A program made the translations under genes and the position numbers. This document shows, piece after piece, positions 25,501 to 39,818 of a stretch of 64,000 nucleotides of DNA. Each line of letters opens with the position of its first letter. Position 1 is the stretch's first letter. The notes beneath the pieces are model-generated. The model was given only the letters and a program-made list of their open reading frames with translations, ran no database searches and was not told the origin of the DNA. Location of the stretch: assembly GCF_006345805.1 (NCBI RefSeq), contig NC_043018.1, forward strand, positions 21,080,001 to 21,144,000, read 5' to 3'. Source of the DNA: Octopus sinensis. Its lineage: Eukaryota.

Positions 25501-28500
25501 TTGGCCGGATATGGCCGGTTTAAATGCTAAAGGGTTAAGCCAAGTACTTATTCTATCAGTCTTTTTTTGTTGTGTAGATGTTTCTGTATGAATATAATGC
25601 TTGGATAAAATATATTTTAGGCAATGCTATTTGGTTGGGAAACTAAAACTATTTCATTTTTGTTCTCCAGGTATCATTGCCATACATGTAAAATGGAAGA
25701 TGGGGTTGGTGTATGCACCATTTGTGCCAAAGTTTGCCATAAAGACCATGACTTGTCCTACGCCAAATTTGGCTCCTTTTTCTGTGATTGTGGAGCCAAA
25801 GAAGATAGTAGTTGTCTGGTAATTCATTTTATATTGATCTCAAAACAACACACACACACACAGATTTTTCTTATATTTAATTGCTTTCAGATGCATTTGA
25901 AGCACCGTTGCTACTTGATAGTGAAGTGATTGGTTTGATGTTGCAGTGGAAGAGGTAATCTGGAGAAGAATGACCTAGAGTGTTAGCCATTAAATGTGAA
26001 ATATCTGAGAAGAGTGAGATTAGAAGTTTGAAGAATGAACTGTCTGTATGTAGCAAAGGTGTTTGTGTTGGTGTGATTATATAATAGGTGTAGATGAGAT
26101 ATGCTGTGTTAGAAGAGAAAAAGAGAAAAGTGCTGCAAAGTGTCAAGTGTGGATAGTAGGTGTGGTAGAAGCTGATCGGTGTGAACCTGTGAAATTGTGT
26201 TGACATCAAATTTGGAAATGATGGGAGCCACAGGAAAGAGGATCCAAAAGAAAAGGTTCAAAACAAATGAACAGATGGTGTTGTGTAGATTCTTCTTTCC
26301 CTTGTCAACAAAACAATGAAGGCAATAATGATATGAAACGATATGCATCTTGCTTTTTTTTTTTTTTTAAATCAAAGAATCAATGTAAAGTTGTAATTCA
26401 GTTTTTAGCTCTAAACAGCATCTAGATCAGGCATGGGCATCCTTTTTTTTTTTTGTTTGTGAAGCGGGCCACATTAGCCATAGCTCATCAACTAGCAGGC
26501 CACACTACTAATAAAAAATTCAAGGTAATATTTTGTTAGGTGTGCTCCTCAGAAAGTCTCATAGGCTGTAAGTTGCCCGTGACTGATCTAGATTTGGGCT
26601 AAAAGTAATCCTGATAAACAATCATTGTTGTCCCTTGTTGGTTTGTTTGTTGTCTTTTTTATCAACATATTTGTCTTGTCTTGAATTGTGTTTCATACTG
26701 ATTTACATCAATCACAAGCCATAAATCAAACAAAGAATTTTCTTGTTGTTTCTCTTCTTTAATGATAATTAATATGATGGTGTGAAATCACTCCACAGAC
26801 AATTAATCATTATGTTTATTGATATTGTCTCTTTTTGTATCGTTTAGGCTTTAGTAAAGCGCACACCACAGAGTGGTTTGGACATTAGTGGTGCAAACTC
26901 CAGTCCCTCCCCTTTCTCAGGAGAAACAACATTACCCAGTTCTTTGCGTCGGAAGCTATCTTCTCCAGCCCCAGCAGATAGGACTGATGGCTTCAAGACT
27001 ACTGACCAGTCGGTAAAATTAAGTGAAACTCTTTGCAAACAAATCGAAGTAAGTTCACTGGAAATTTTCTGATGAATGCTTGAAATGTGTTGTAGATGAG
27101 AAATGGCTTTAAAAACTTTAGTCACCAAAAAAAAACAAAAAAAAAAGATCTTTTTCAAATGCATTAATGAAAAAAAAAAAAAGCATGGAATTGTAGTTTG
27201 TGTGTTAAGAAGATAGTGGTGTGCTGAAAGGACCAATGGGGCTAAATGCCTGTTGATGTTGTGTATTCTTTTATGCCTTTGAGCTCCTGTCCCCTTTCTT
27301 TTCATTACTCCCTACTCTACAGACCAGTGAAATAGGTACCAGTCAGCTACTGGGGCTGTTGCAATTGACCATCCATCTCTAGTCTGTGTAGCTTTAGGTC
27401 AGATGTGACAACTATTAGTGATAGCATAAATTAATTGTCTGGCACCTGTGCGGGTGGCACGTAAAAAGCACCCACTACACTCACGGAGTGGTTGGCGTTA
27501 GGAAGGGCATCCAGCCGTAGAAACACTGCCAGATCTGACTGGGCCTGACGAAGCCTTCCAGCTTCACAGACCCCAGTTGAACCGTCCAACCCATGCTAGC
27601 ATGGAAAGCGGATGCTAAATGATGATGATGATGATGAAAAGAAACTAAAAATATTATTGACAGTGATGAGGATGTTGGTAATTAGAAACCACAAAGTAAT
27701 TAATATAAAAATGTTCTAATTTATACTTCAGTTACATCGTCATTAAAATCCTGGAGAGCTTCAATGGTTTAATACACTTTCAGGAGAAAGTGTTTCTGTG
27801 ACGTGTAACGGCTGTTCAGTTTTGTACTGGAAACATAGTAAATAGTTTATTGTTCGGTTGAGATAAGATCAACAAAGTACTCCATCTGGTGAGAGAGAAA
27901 TATCAATTGATGTACACATTATGAAGATGCTAGATACTATTAGTTTCTTGCAGAAGAGATGTGGCTCTAGGTAGGTTTTCATAAACACGTTTTGTGCTTC
28001 CAAGCCTGAAGATTGCTTGGAGATACAAGGTATGTTATAAAAACCTGCTTAGACTCATGTCTCTTATGCAAGAAATTATTAGTAGCTTGCTTCATTATAC
28101 TGTGCACATTAAATTATGTATATATAATGAACTTGAATATATAATAAATTTACTGCAACTGGATTAGTGTAAAAGAAAGCAGGGTTAGAAGTAATAAATG
28201 ATGAAATTATGTTTATTTTATACCCTTTCCTGAAGCTATATGACGTTGTAGTTGAAGTGTTGGGCTCAATGATGTGGTCATGGGTTGGATTCCTGGACTG
28301 CACAACACATAGTGTCTTTGAGCAAGGCAACATCATTTCATGTTGCTCCAGTCTACAGCTGAAAATAACTACCAGCTCAATACTCTTCCTCCAACTGGCA
28401 CCTTGATACTCTGCTGGGTCAAGAGGCACGAGGAGCAAGAGAATATCTTTGTTTACAAATACATAGGTGCGTGATGCCACTATGTTATATTGGCTAGGGT

Positions 28501-30575
28501 CCGGCTCTTTTTCCTTCTTTTAAATTTTTGCTCTTTATTTATTGTACAGTTTTCTTAAATTTATATATTTCATTTTTTTAGGTGTACCGAGACTTCTTAC
28601 TGAAATATTTAGTAAGTATTAATTTTTCACCTTAGCTCTTGTCAAATGATTTAACTTTATAATCAAAGTTTCTCTTTATAATCCTGTTTTAAAATAATCT
28701 AAATCAAAATTTTCCATCAAAATTTCTTGTTAATTTTTGCTCCAAACACTAAAAATGATGAAGCTCGTTTCACTAAATTATTTTCAAAATTAATTGCAGT
28801 AAAAGGCAGTGTATTTTAACAGAAATAGGGTAACAAAAGGATTGAAATACTGAGCCTGAAATAAATAGTTCTGAAAGTTTATTGGATTCTACCAAAGAGG
28901 GGAGTAAATACCACATTCCCCACGAAACAAATTAGTTATTAATGATAGGTGCATTGCATCATGAATGATTATTACACTGCATTTATATGTATATATTTTT
29001 TTTTAGTTTAACCCTTTAGCATTTAAACTGGCCATATCTAGCCAAAATAGTCTCTTTCTCTTTCTCCTGTTTCAGTCATTTGACTGTGGCCATGCTGGAG
29101 CACCGCCTTTAGTCGAGCATATCAACCCCGGGACTTATTCTTTGTAAGCCCAGTACTTATTCTATCGGTCTCTTTTGCCGAACTGCTAAGTGACGGGGAC
29201 GTAAACACACCAGCATCGGCTGTCAAGCAATGCTAGGGAGACAAACACAGACATACAAATGCATACACACATACATACATATATACGACAGGCTTCTTTC
29301 AGTTTCCGTCTACCAAATCCACTCACAAGGCATTGGTCGACCCGAGGCAGGCTATAGCAGAAGACACTTGCCCAAGATGCCACGCAGTGGGACTGAACCC
29401 AGAACTATGTGGTTGGTTAGCAAGCTACTTACCACACAGCCACACCTGCGCCTATTTGTTTCATGTTAAAACTGACTGGATCCAGACTCATACACCTACC
29501 CAACAATGTCATTCTAAAAATATATACAAGCACATCATTGCAATATTGAAGCTGCAAGAGAATCTCTCTCTATATAAATGGCAGTTTGTCTGTGTGTGTT
29601 TCTGTGTGTCTGTTTGCTTGTACCCTCACCCTGACCACGGCTTTCAACCGATTCTGATGAAACTTGACACACACATAGCCCAATGTCATAATTCAAAACT
29701 AACGCAGCGAAAATTTTGAAAAGTTCCCCCAGTTCTGAAAAAAATCGATAAATTCGACATGGGGTCGAGAATAAAAAAAAACAAACCACAGACTGTCTAG
29801 GGGACGCAACTCAACCTTTTATTACTCTCAAAAAAAAAATTTACCATCATTTTTTTTCCATTTTTTGGCTATTTTTTGGCTATAACTCTCTAAAAATGCT
29901 TTATAGTTATTTCCCTTACAAACCTGAGCAACGCCGGGCGATACTGCTAGTGCCTGATAAATTCAGAACAAGGTGAATAAATAAGCAATAAGTCGGACTA
30001 AGAAATCTGAATACTTAAAGGGTTAAATAAATGCTGTTACACTTATTTCATTTTATTTATTTGTTTATTGTTTTATTTCTGTGTTGTAGGATTCTGCAAA
30101 TACTGTCAAAACGGTATTGGACTTACTGGATGTTGTTTTACCATCTATGGTTGAAAACTATCAAGGCAGCTTTCCCATGGGAAGTGTGGCAAATGCTCAG
30201 AAAGCTCTTGGTGATCTACACACCCTTCCAAAAACAATAGACACAACTGACCAATTGATGGTAAATAGCTTTATTCATATATTAACACTGGACAGTGGGT
30301 GTATTGTTTGTCAGTACACTGGCTGATAGATGAAATGATTTTAATAGCACACTTTCTTTAATAAGATTCTTATTTGTTTTAATTATATATTTCATAAATT
30401 GTCAAAGTCTTTTGGTGCAACACCCATGTCTAGATACTGATTACCTGTTTCCCCATTTTGGCTTGAAGTCAGTTGGTCAATTCTTATAGCAACCAGCTTA
30501 TAGATGTAGTGATGAAAGACTTTCAGAGATGATTGTGCATGCGTGTGTGTGTGTATGTGTGTGTGTGTGTGTATA

Positions 30576-30627
<52 letters not shown>

Positions 30628-32272
30628 TATATAAATATATGTATATATACATGCATATATGGGTACAGGACATTAAAAAATGTTGAACACAATGAGAAAT
30701 GAAAACATAAAAACAAAAACATAGAAATGAACTTTTATCGAACAACAAAAAAAAACACAAACAAGCAAAGAAATGAGACCTAAAACATAAAGAATATTCC
30801 CTTTCTTCAGTTGTCCTTGTTTCAACTACTCCATGTTTAGAAGGCAAGGATAAAACGCGACTTCGTTGAAACAGTCCTTCCCATGGACTCTTCTAAAGGC
30901 ACCCAAGGTACCAAATAGTGTTGGTTTACCACCTAAGTAGACCAAGGTGGGATTTGAACTCAGAATAACACAAAGAGCTGGAACAAATACCTTAAGATAT
31001 CTTGTCTAATGTTCTAACAGTTCTTAGGAAGCCATGGTCAAAAGCCAATTGCTTTCCCATATCAGTAGTAAATATGTATGCTGGGGTCAGCCTTGTCTTT
31101 CATTTGTTTAGGGGTCGATAAAAAAACGAAAACCCACTAATCCAAGATATTGTATCGGTTGAATTATTGTCGCCTCAGATGGGATGCCTTGCGGTACTTT
31201 TGTATTAATTGTAATATAATGGTAATGTTCTTTAAAAGTATGTTATCTGTTTCTCAAAAGCATATTTGAAGTTATTTGAATGTAATTGTGTATCTGAAAA
31301 ATAAATATGAGATAAGAGTTTATTAGTGAGATTGGTGTTTTTTTATTTTATTTTATTTTATTTTCTCTTTGTAGACTGTAACTTTGGGCTCACAAGAAGG
31401 AGCCTTTGAAAATGTCCGCATGAACTATAGTGGAGATCAAGGTCAAGCCATCCGTCAACTGATCACTGCTCATATGGTGCGGCGTGTTGCTATGTGTGTC
31501 TTAGCATCTCCCCATGGTAAAAGACAACATTTGGCTGTTAGCCATGAGAAAGGAAAAATTACTATTTTACAGTTATCAGCTCTCTTGAAGCAAGCAGATT
31601 CAAGTAAAAAAAAGTTAACCCTTACAGTAAGCATTGGATACTTTTAATACATATTATTCGAATAACTTTGTATTTTATAGCAAGAAAAACACTTTACATT
31701 TTACAATTTTTATGGTGAAACTTTACTAATTTTATCTGTGAAAATTGAGCTTACACATCTATTTTAATTTTCTGTTCGAATCCTCACGCATTTAACTATT
31801 AATTTTTTCATAGCACTAAAATGCAATAATATATATTAGACACTGATTGGTTTTTAGTAAGCAAGTGCTTTGCTATCCTTATTCACAATATACAATAAGG
31901 TTGAGTGTAACAATCGCATATCCTTATATTAGCGTGATTAATGAGAACAGCAGATATATTGCATTTTAAGTTAGCTGATAAAACTGTCACATTTCCAGTG
32001 CACAAATTAACTCAAGGTTGCAAGCTAGAATATTGTTGCCTTTTTCTCCTTTGATTTATTGGTTAATGTTGTATGTTAGTGAGTGTTTTTTTTTTTTCAT
32101 ATGAAGACATTTTTATCTTTGTGTAATTATGTGGTAGGATATTATGTTTTGCGAGTGGGAGATGATCAAACTGGGAGAAGAAAAAAAAGAAATTAAGTGC
32201 AAGGTATAATCAAGGTAGTTGGATTTCAGTGAAGACATTGCCATATTTTTTGGTACAACAGCTAGAATTAGC

Positions 32273-32308
<36 letters not shown>

Positions 32309-35300
32309 AGAGTTTACGAAAAAAACAAAAGACGAAGACAGGTGGTGTACAAAACAAACAGTTGTATTAGCATAACGCTCAGGAATAGAAAAAATCTTTT
32401 ACGTTTCGAGCCTACGCTCTTCTACAGAAAGGGACACAAAAAAAACAAGGAGAGAAAAAAAATGTGTCTAGTGGCTAATGCATTTGTCCTTGATTGGACA
32501 TTTTCCATGTTTCGGGTATTGAGTGTCATTGTGGGTGCTAGGAAAATTGATGTAAGATTGATTGCTTCTTGGGTAGTCCACTTGAGGGGGCCCTCAAGTC
32601 TTGCTTGCAATTTCTCTCTACTTTGTTCTACTCTTTGAAATCATTGTAAAAGAGCTAAGAACCGAGTGCAACACTGAGATTCAAAGAAATCTAGACAAAT
32701 TGGCTTCCCACTAATTGGGAGAAATTTGAAATGTTGCTTGACTTGATCTAGGAAGTGACATTTAAAAGTAGTTAGTAACATCTAGTACCCAATATCTTCA
32801 GGGTATATACAATAGATAGGTGTAATAGAGATGGCAGTTGATCAGATGGAGCCAGGGACACTACGTTCCCATTGGTATTTCAAAGAGCTGTATTTTTTTT
32901 TTTTTTTTAAATCCAAGCAGGATTTGAACTCAGATTACACTAAGCCAGCACAGATACTGCAAAGCATCCTCTTTGATGTTCTAACAATTCTGCCAGTTCA
33001 CTGCCGTAGACGTTGCCTTTCATCCCTTCAGGGTGGGAGGAAGGGACAAGTTGAACTTAGTGGGATATGAATCAGAGTGCAGATAGTTATAACAGATACT
33101 GCCGACCATTCTTCTATCCAACACTGCATTGGCTGTCAATCTGCCCCACTTTTGTAATTAGTATAACCATATAGATATGTAATAATACAAATCATACTGT
33201 GTAAGTGCTGCAGTTACCAATAGTGCAAAGGACAGCAAATGTTTTAGCATGTTTCTGGTGTCAGCTAACTATTTAGCTAACATCAGAAATATTAATAAAT
33301 AGTTAGACATGGGGTAATTAACTTTAGATAATAACAATAGTAACGATAAGCTAAAGGCAGCCTAAAATTGAGAAAAACACTTTGTTGACATAATGCAAAA
33401 TGTATTTAAAGAAATAGATGCATTTTCTTTAATTAGCATGTTTGGCTTCAACATATAAATAATAATTTCAATTTGAATGGAAGGTCTTGCGAGAGATTGA
33501 ATATTTTTGCAGAAAATTACTTCATCATCATCATCGTTTAGCATCCGCTTTCCATGCTGGCATGGGTTGGACGGTTCAACTGGGGTCTGGGAAACCAGAA
33601 GGCTGCACCAGGCCCAGTTTGATCTGGCAATGTTTCTACGGCTGGACGCCCTTCCTAACGCCAACCACTCTGTGAGTGTAGTGGGTGCTTTTTACATGCC
33701 AGATGGCCATGATCGGATGGTGCTTTTTATGTGCCACCGGCACGGAGGCAGTTGGGGCGGCGCTGGCAACGGCCACGTTCGGATGGTTCTCTTATGTGCC
33801 ACCGGCACTGGTATCACAGCTACGATTTCCAATGAAAATTGATAATGGCTTAGTGGTTAGGGTGTTGTACTCACAATCACATGATTTAGATTCCTTAATT
33901 GGGCAGTGTGTTGTCTTCATGAGCAAAACACTTAATTTCACATAGCTCCAGTCCACTCAGCTGTTAATGAGTACACCCTGTGATGGACTAGTGTCTCATT
34001 CAGGGAATGTTGTGACCTCCATGAAAATTGGTTGTCCAGCCCTCTGTGTCCTATGTCTCAAGTCATTAACCCTTTTGTTATCATCTTTCTGTTGAGATTC
34101 TCCCTTTCTCTTTCAATTAATTTTAAATATAAGACTTTCATAAAATAACTTAGTTATCTGGCTTCAACACATGAACTCATATAAAGAATCTTGCAAACCA
34201 AATCCAAAAACGAAACTTAGTTATCATTAAAATAGTGTTTTTGAAAACAAGACATTTGTACTACAGAACCAAAGGTGGGTTGACATCAAAAGGGCTAATG
34301 TCTGGGGGCTGATGATGATTTAATTAAAACTTTAATTATTAATTTTTAAAAAATAGAATTGGAATTCTGATTAAAGCCTATTAAAAAGGAGACAAACTTT
34401 GCCATGTATGTTAAAATTTACATTATTGTTTCTTCATCAGAAATGGAATTTTAATTAACCTTTTGAAATAGTTGAAATGAACCCTTTAGCATTTAAACCA
34501 GCCATATCTGGCCGAAATATTCTACTTGTTTTATGTTCAAACAGGCCAGATCTGGTCTCTCACACCTACCCTACAATGTCATTCCAAAAAGAAACAATCC
34601 CATTGTCAACATCTTGGTTATGAGATGATGCATGATTAAGACAAAACAATTGAATAAATGAGATAGATTTAACAGAATAATCTGAATGCTAAAGGGTTAA
34701 TCATGATTGTGAATTCTAAATTATATCCGCTTTAAGTTTCTGAATTTTGGCATTTCTAACAAAAAACAAATTCAATGTAAAATGTTTTACACTCAACCCT
34801 TTTGTTACAACATTTTTCTTAAAAATGCACTGCTTTTGTTTCAATTAATTTTTAAAATAACGAAGAATTTAGTAAAATAACTTTGTTTTTTTGGAACATA
34901 AATTAACAAGAAATTTTGTTGGAAGGCTTCAATTTACATCCCTTTAAAACAGGAAGTTTGTATCATAGAACCAGGAGGGTGGGGTCTCTCTGGTAGGTTA
35001 CTATCAAAAGAGCTGACCCCTTTCTTACAAAATTTCTGTTGAAATGCACTGCTTCTATTTGAATTAATTTCGAATATAATGAAGAACTTAATAAAATAAC
35101 TGTCATTATGAAGCTGGTGTTTGGAACATTAATTAACAAGAAATTTTGTTGGAAGGTTTTAATTTAGATCGCTTTTAAAACAGAAAGTTTGTATCGAAGA
35201 ACCAGAGGTGGCCTCAGGCAGGTTGATATCAAGAATTAAATGTCTCATGTGACTTTTAGTTGTTGTTGTTGTTTGTGTGTGTGTGTGTGAATAGAGTGAG

Positions 35301-38300
35301 AAGATGATCTAAACAAGTGTAGGTTGTTAGTCATTAGTTAACACATCATGAATTATTGAAATTACAGAAATGAAGAAGTTGAATGTGTTCCTTAGTTTAT
35401 TTTGGAAAAAGTCCATTAGTGAGTTTTATGACGAGAGGATAAAATACAAGGTGAAATCAAAATGTTCCCAGACTAGTTCTGTAGTGTGACAACAGTTGTG
35501 TGGGCCCAGGGAGAGCTAGCAGTGACCTTCGTGAGGCAGTGTGCCGAGTGATGTCACTGTATTTACTTCGCAAAGTGTGAATTTTGTGTTTTTGTGATCA
35601 CGTATATGCTAATCAAGAGTTCTACTGCAGTGTTTTGAAGCGTCTAAGGGAGGATATTTGGCATAAGTGCCTGGATCTGTGGAGCAAAGAATTGACTTCT
35701 TCACAGAGTTCTCTTGCCAAAAACATGGTATCGCTTCCACACCCATCCTATTTGCCAGGTTTAGCACCTGCAGACTTCCATCTCTTCCCCAAAATGAAAA
35801 ATGCAGCTTAAAGGTCACCATTGTTGAGATCCAGAGCAAATTGCTGAAGGTCCTCGACTCGCTTACAGAAAACAATTTCCAGGCCAGATTCCAAAAGTGG
35901 TAGGAATGCTGGGACCAGTGTATTGCTGCTGGTGATGTTAAAACTTGGGTAAATAAGTTATTGTTTATGAATCATAACTAGTCTTGGAACCTTTTGATAC
36001 CACCTTGTATATGTGGTGTAACTGGGTTTGTTGTTGAGGAAACAAAAACAAATTTTTTTTTATTTAATGTATCAAGATTTGGTTATTTTGAGATAGAATT
36101 CCAGTTGAATGTTTTTACTATAATTTTTTGCCATTTTTGTTTGTTGAATGTTTTTACTATGAATTGTGAATTTTGAAAGATCATTAGGAATTTTTTTTTT
36201 TTTTATCACTCTTTTACAAAATTAAAAACCAGTGAGAGATCTCTTGACTTTGCCACATGTCCTGATAAATATATTTTGTTGAATCAAACATTTTTTTTTA
36301 ATGTTTATTGTTAGTGACCCCAACCCTCTACCAAGGACCCATTTGTAGATTTTAACAGTAGTTGCCACTCCACTACTCTGACTGACACAGGGTTTCTGGA
36401 GGTTTAAATTTTATATTGTTTTCTTTATCTCAGAATTATTATGTTTTCCTTATCATTCTTTGTATAGGTTTGCTATATGAAATGCAGAATATAAACAATT
36501 AGTTTAAAAACTTGTAATTGCTAATCAGAACTCAAAGAAACAACAGTTCATATATGTTACACAAGAGAAGGTCATAAAGTTACTGCCCAAATTTACTCTT
36601 TCTTTTCTTTCCTTTTTTTTTTTTTAAATTACACAAAATTATTTCAATACTGGAATTACTTTTGTTAAGGGATGTTTTGACATGATAGTATTAGGAGTCA
36701 TCATAAATGAATTAACTAAGATTTTCAATGTGAAGAGCAATGATGTCAAAAGAATCATTGTTCTTGAGTCTCAAAGTGACGATAAAGCCTGATATCCCTT
36801 TGTATAAATAATTTTGTTCTATATAAATAATGACAAACTAAATAACCATAGCATTCTTTTAACGTTCTACCAAACATGAAGTTGATTAGTAGGTGCACAA
36901 AACATTTCAACAGTGACGAGGGATTATTTCTACTTCTGCATATTAGATATCTTCCCTTTGGTGTTAGCTAAGTCAAATAGAGATTAACTGTTTTGGTGGA
37001 AACTGAAGGTCTTCAACTCTGTTTGCAAAAGATAGTTTTGTTGAAATTGGACACAAAATAAATGTAAGAAAATAGGTTTTAAATAGGTTACAGGCAAAGA
37101 GTGGGGATAAACCAAAAGGTCAAAGTATAATACTTTGCAGCTACATTCATCGTTATAAATCCTAATGATTAATAATGATGAGTGTAGCTGCAAGAAAAAT
37201 TACTTAGACACCTTCACAAAGCTGCTCCAATAATAGGTAAGTTAATGCAGGGAACATTAAAAGGCTGATTTGACTTAAAAATAAATCCTTGTTTTACATC
37301 TGCTTTTCCATGCTGGTATGGGTTAGATGGGTCATCATGTTTTGAACCGGTTCTTATTTGGAGTTACTGTTCTGTTAGACAAGTGAGAGGACCATATCTC
37401 ATTTATGTATTTCGTTTTATGATTTTGCTTCCTATGGCTTGATACTTTTTGTGGTACTGGTTCCAAAGGTGTTGTCATGCCCTCAACAACACCGAGACCA
37501 CGAGTCCTTGTCTTGCTGAGCACTTACTGAATGTTCTGGTTGGGTTTTATTGTGCTGTCAACACTTGTGGGGTTCACCTTGTACCCCATAAGGTTTAAAG
37601 AGTTCACGCTCCTCTGTAATGTGTTTACATAGGGCTGTGTGGTTGAGGGGGTGAATGGAAGAGGTAGCAGTGACAGGAAAATTGCAAGAGGGGAGCAAGA
37701 GTTATGGTGTTAAAAACATTGATCGGGATGTAAGAATGTGGAGGCAGTTAAATGGTAAAAATAGATGATGAATATCAGTCTTGAAATATTCTGAAATAGA
37801 AAAATAAAATATCAGCCAGAGATAATTCCAAGCATGTTTTGGTCATGTTCTGAGCTCATCAGCAAAACCAGTCCTTTGTTATGCTTGCCAAGAGAGTGTT
37901 GACTGATTCACTAAGTAAGTATACAAGACTGTACTGCTGAATCAGCAGTATGGAGAAATAAAATCATTTAGGAGTAATTAAAAATGGCGGGGGGTGGGTG
38001 GGTGGAGAAAACAAAATGAAAGTATTGTTGGAGAGCTGATAAGTGTAGTCATTTCAAATCCTGATTGAATAAATGTGCAAGACGAGATGCAACAATACTT
38101 CTTTAGATTCATTCCAACTGGCTGGAAACCTGTACCAGCTTTAGATGGGTTGATGTCCGGTGTATTGTTTTGAAAAACCCCAAAATATGAGAGTGGAAAG
38201 CTGAATAAACAAGAAGGCCTACAAGGGCCGCAGATTGTTCTCTTTCTCCCCTCCTCTCTCTTTCTTTCTCTTTCTATCTCCCTCCTTATTCCTCAATATA

Positions 38301-39237
38301 AGTAAACCTGAAATGGAATCAGAGAAAGAGAGTTGTGGAGAGAGAGATGGCTGTTGGTGAGTTAAATATTTAAAAGGTTAGTTCAAGAATTCAGTTTCTT
38401 GAATTCTTGGTTCAAGGAAAAAATACACGAACTCCACTACGAACTATAATTGGCTCATATAATTAAAAGCACCTATGTATAAGTTCATTTTAATAGATTT
38501 AAAAAAAAAAAAAATTCTGAAATATAATAATAATAATAAAAAGAAAATCAAGATAGGACTTATTTCATTAGATTGTTTTTACACACTACCCATTTAGCTG
38601 GCTGAACTTCAATGTTCCCACTTCAAAACCTTGACAAACAATAATACTTTTTTTAAAAAACCTTTCACTAGGGTAGGCATTTCATCTTTACTAATAAAAT
38701 CTGTTTGATTATGTCTTTGTTTTCCTAGGTGATCAACATGATGGTAAGTTATCTCTCTCTCGCCCACATTTATCTCTTCCTCAGATTCCTTGTCAGCTAA
38801 AACGCTGTGAAGAACTTTTGCTATCAATAGGGTTGGCACTTTGCAATTTGGAAGCAGGTGGATGCATTATAAGATTAAAAGTTGGCTTACGGATAGAAAA
38901 TTTACTCCCAACTACTTTTTCATACAAATTGAAAATTTTTTCTGTAATTAAATTTGGTAGCCAATCCTTATTTAAGTTGCTGCATCTTTCCAATGCGTAT
39001 GTGCCTTGGCACAAAATATTGATCCGTTATTTCTTGGTCAAAATTTTGTGCCCACTATTTTCAAATGATTTGTTTCTAGGCTTTATTTAACTTTTAAACA
39101 TCCCTTGCAGACTATTTACTTTTACACACACACACACACACACAATTAAGAATCCTTCTTAAATTGATTTAGGCTCAATATGACACTTAGCGTATTCTCT
39201 CTCACACTAGAGTACAAAATACATACATATGTATATG

Positions 39238-39271
<34 letters not shown>

Positions 39272-39784
39272 ATTATAAAATGGTAACAACTTTGCTTCTG
39301 GATGGTTAATGGGTGATATTAAAAGTATAGAATCTGCTACAATATTTAACTAAATTTTTTTACATTTTTATAGTTTTTTTTTTTTTGCAGAAAATGCAGT
39401 TGTTTGAACTAATAACTTTGACTTTTGTAGATATAGTGCATTACCTTCAGATGGTAGCCAATAACATTGAAACCCTTTTGATTCAGTCTTAATGCAAGAA
39501 TGTGTGCGTGGGAAAGTATGCATGTAAATAACTTAGGACATAGAGATTAAGACAGCGTGAAAGCAAACTAGGAAACGAGTTAATATTTTAATTAATCTTA
39601 ACAAGCTTGATTTTTGCAAAACTTGCCTTCATTTCTTGCTTAATGGATCAAGATTAAAAGTATGAATTACTACTGGATATAGTTTGAATATACTTAAGAC
39701 AGATATTCAAGAGTCTAAGAACATTTTTACTTAAAAGTTCATATTTCAGAGCCAGAAGGTGGAGATGTCAAATTTTAAGGATGA

Positions 39785-39818
<34 letters not shown>

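Noticed and set aside
27068-27090. Hammerhead-like ctgatga-atgctt-gaaa next to the exon 23 donor
   Set aside because: No real stem II and no stem I/III partners; chance motif.
26844-27305. 153-aa antisense ORF as a nested gene
   Set aside because: It is the shadow of exon 23 plus low-complexity intron, with no recognisable domain.
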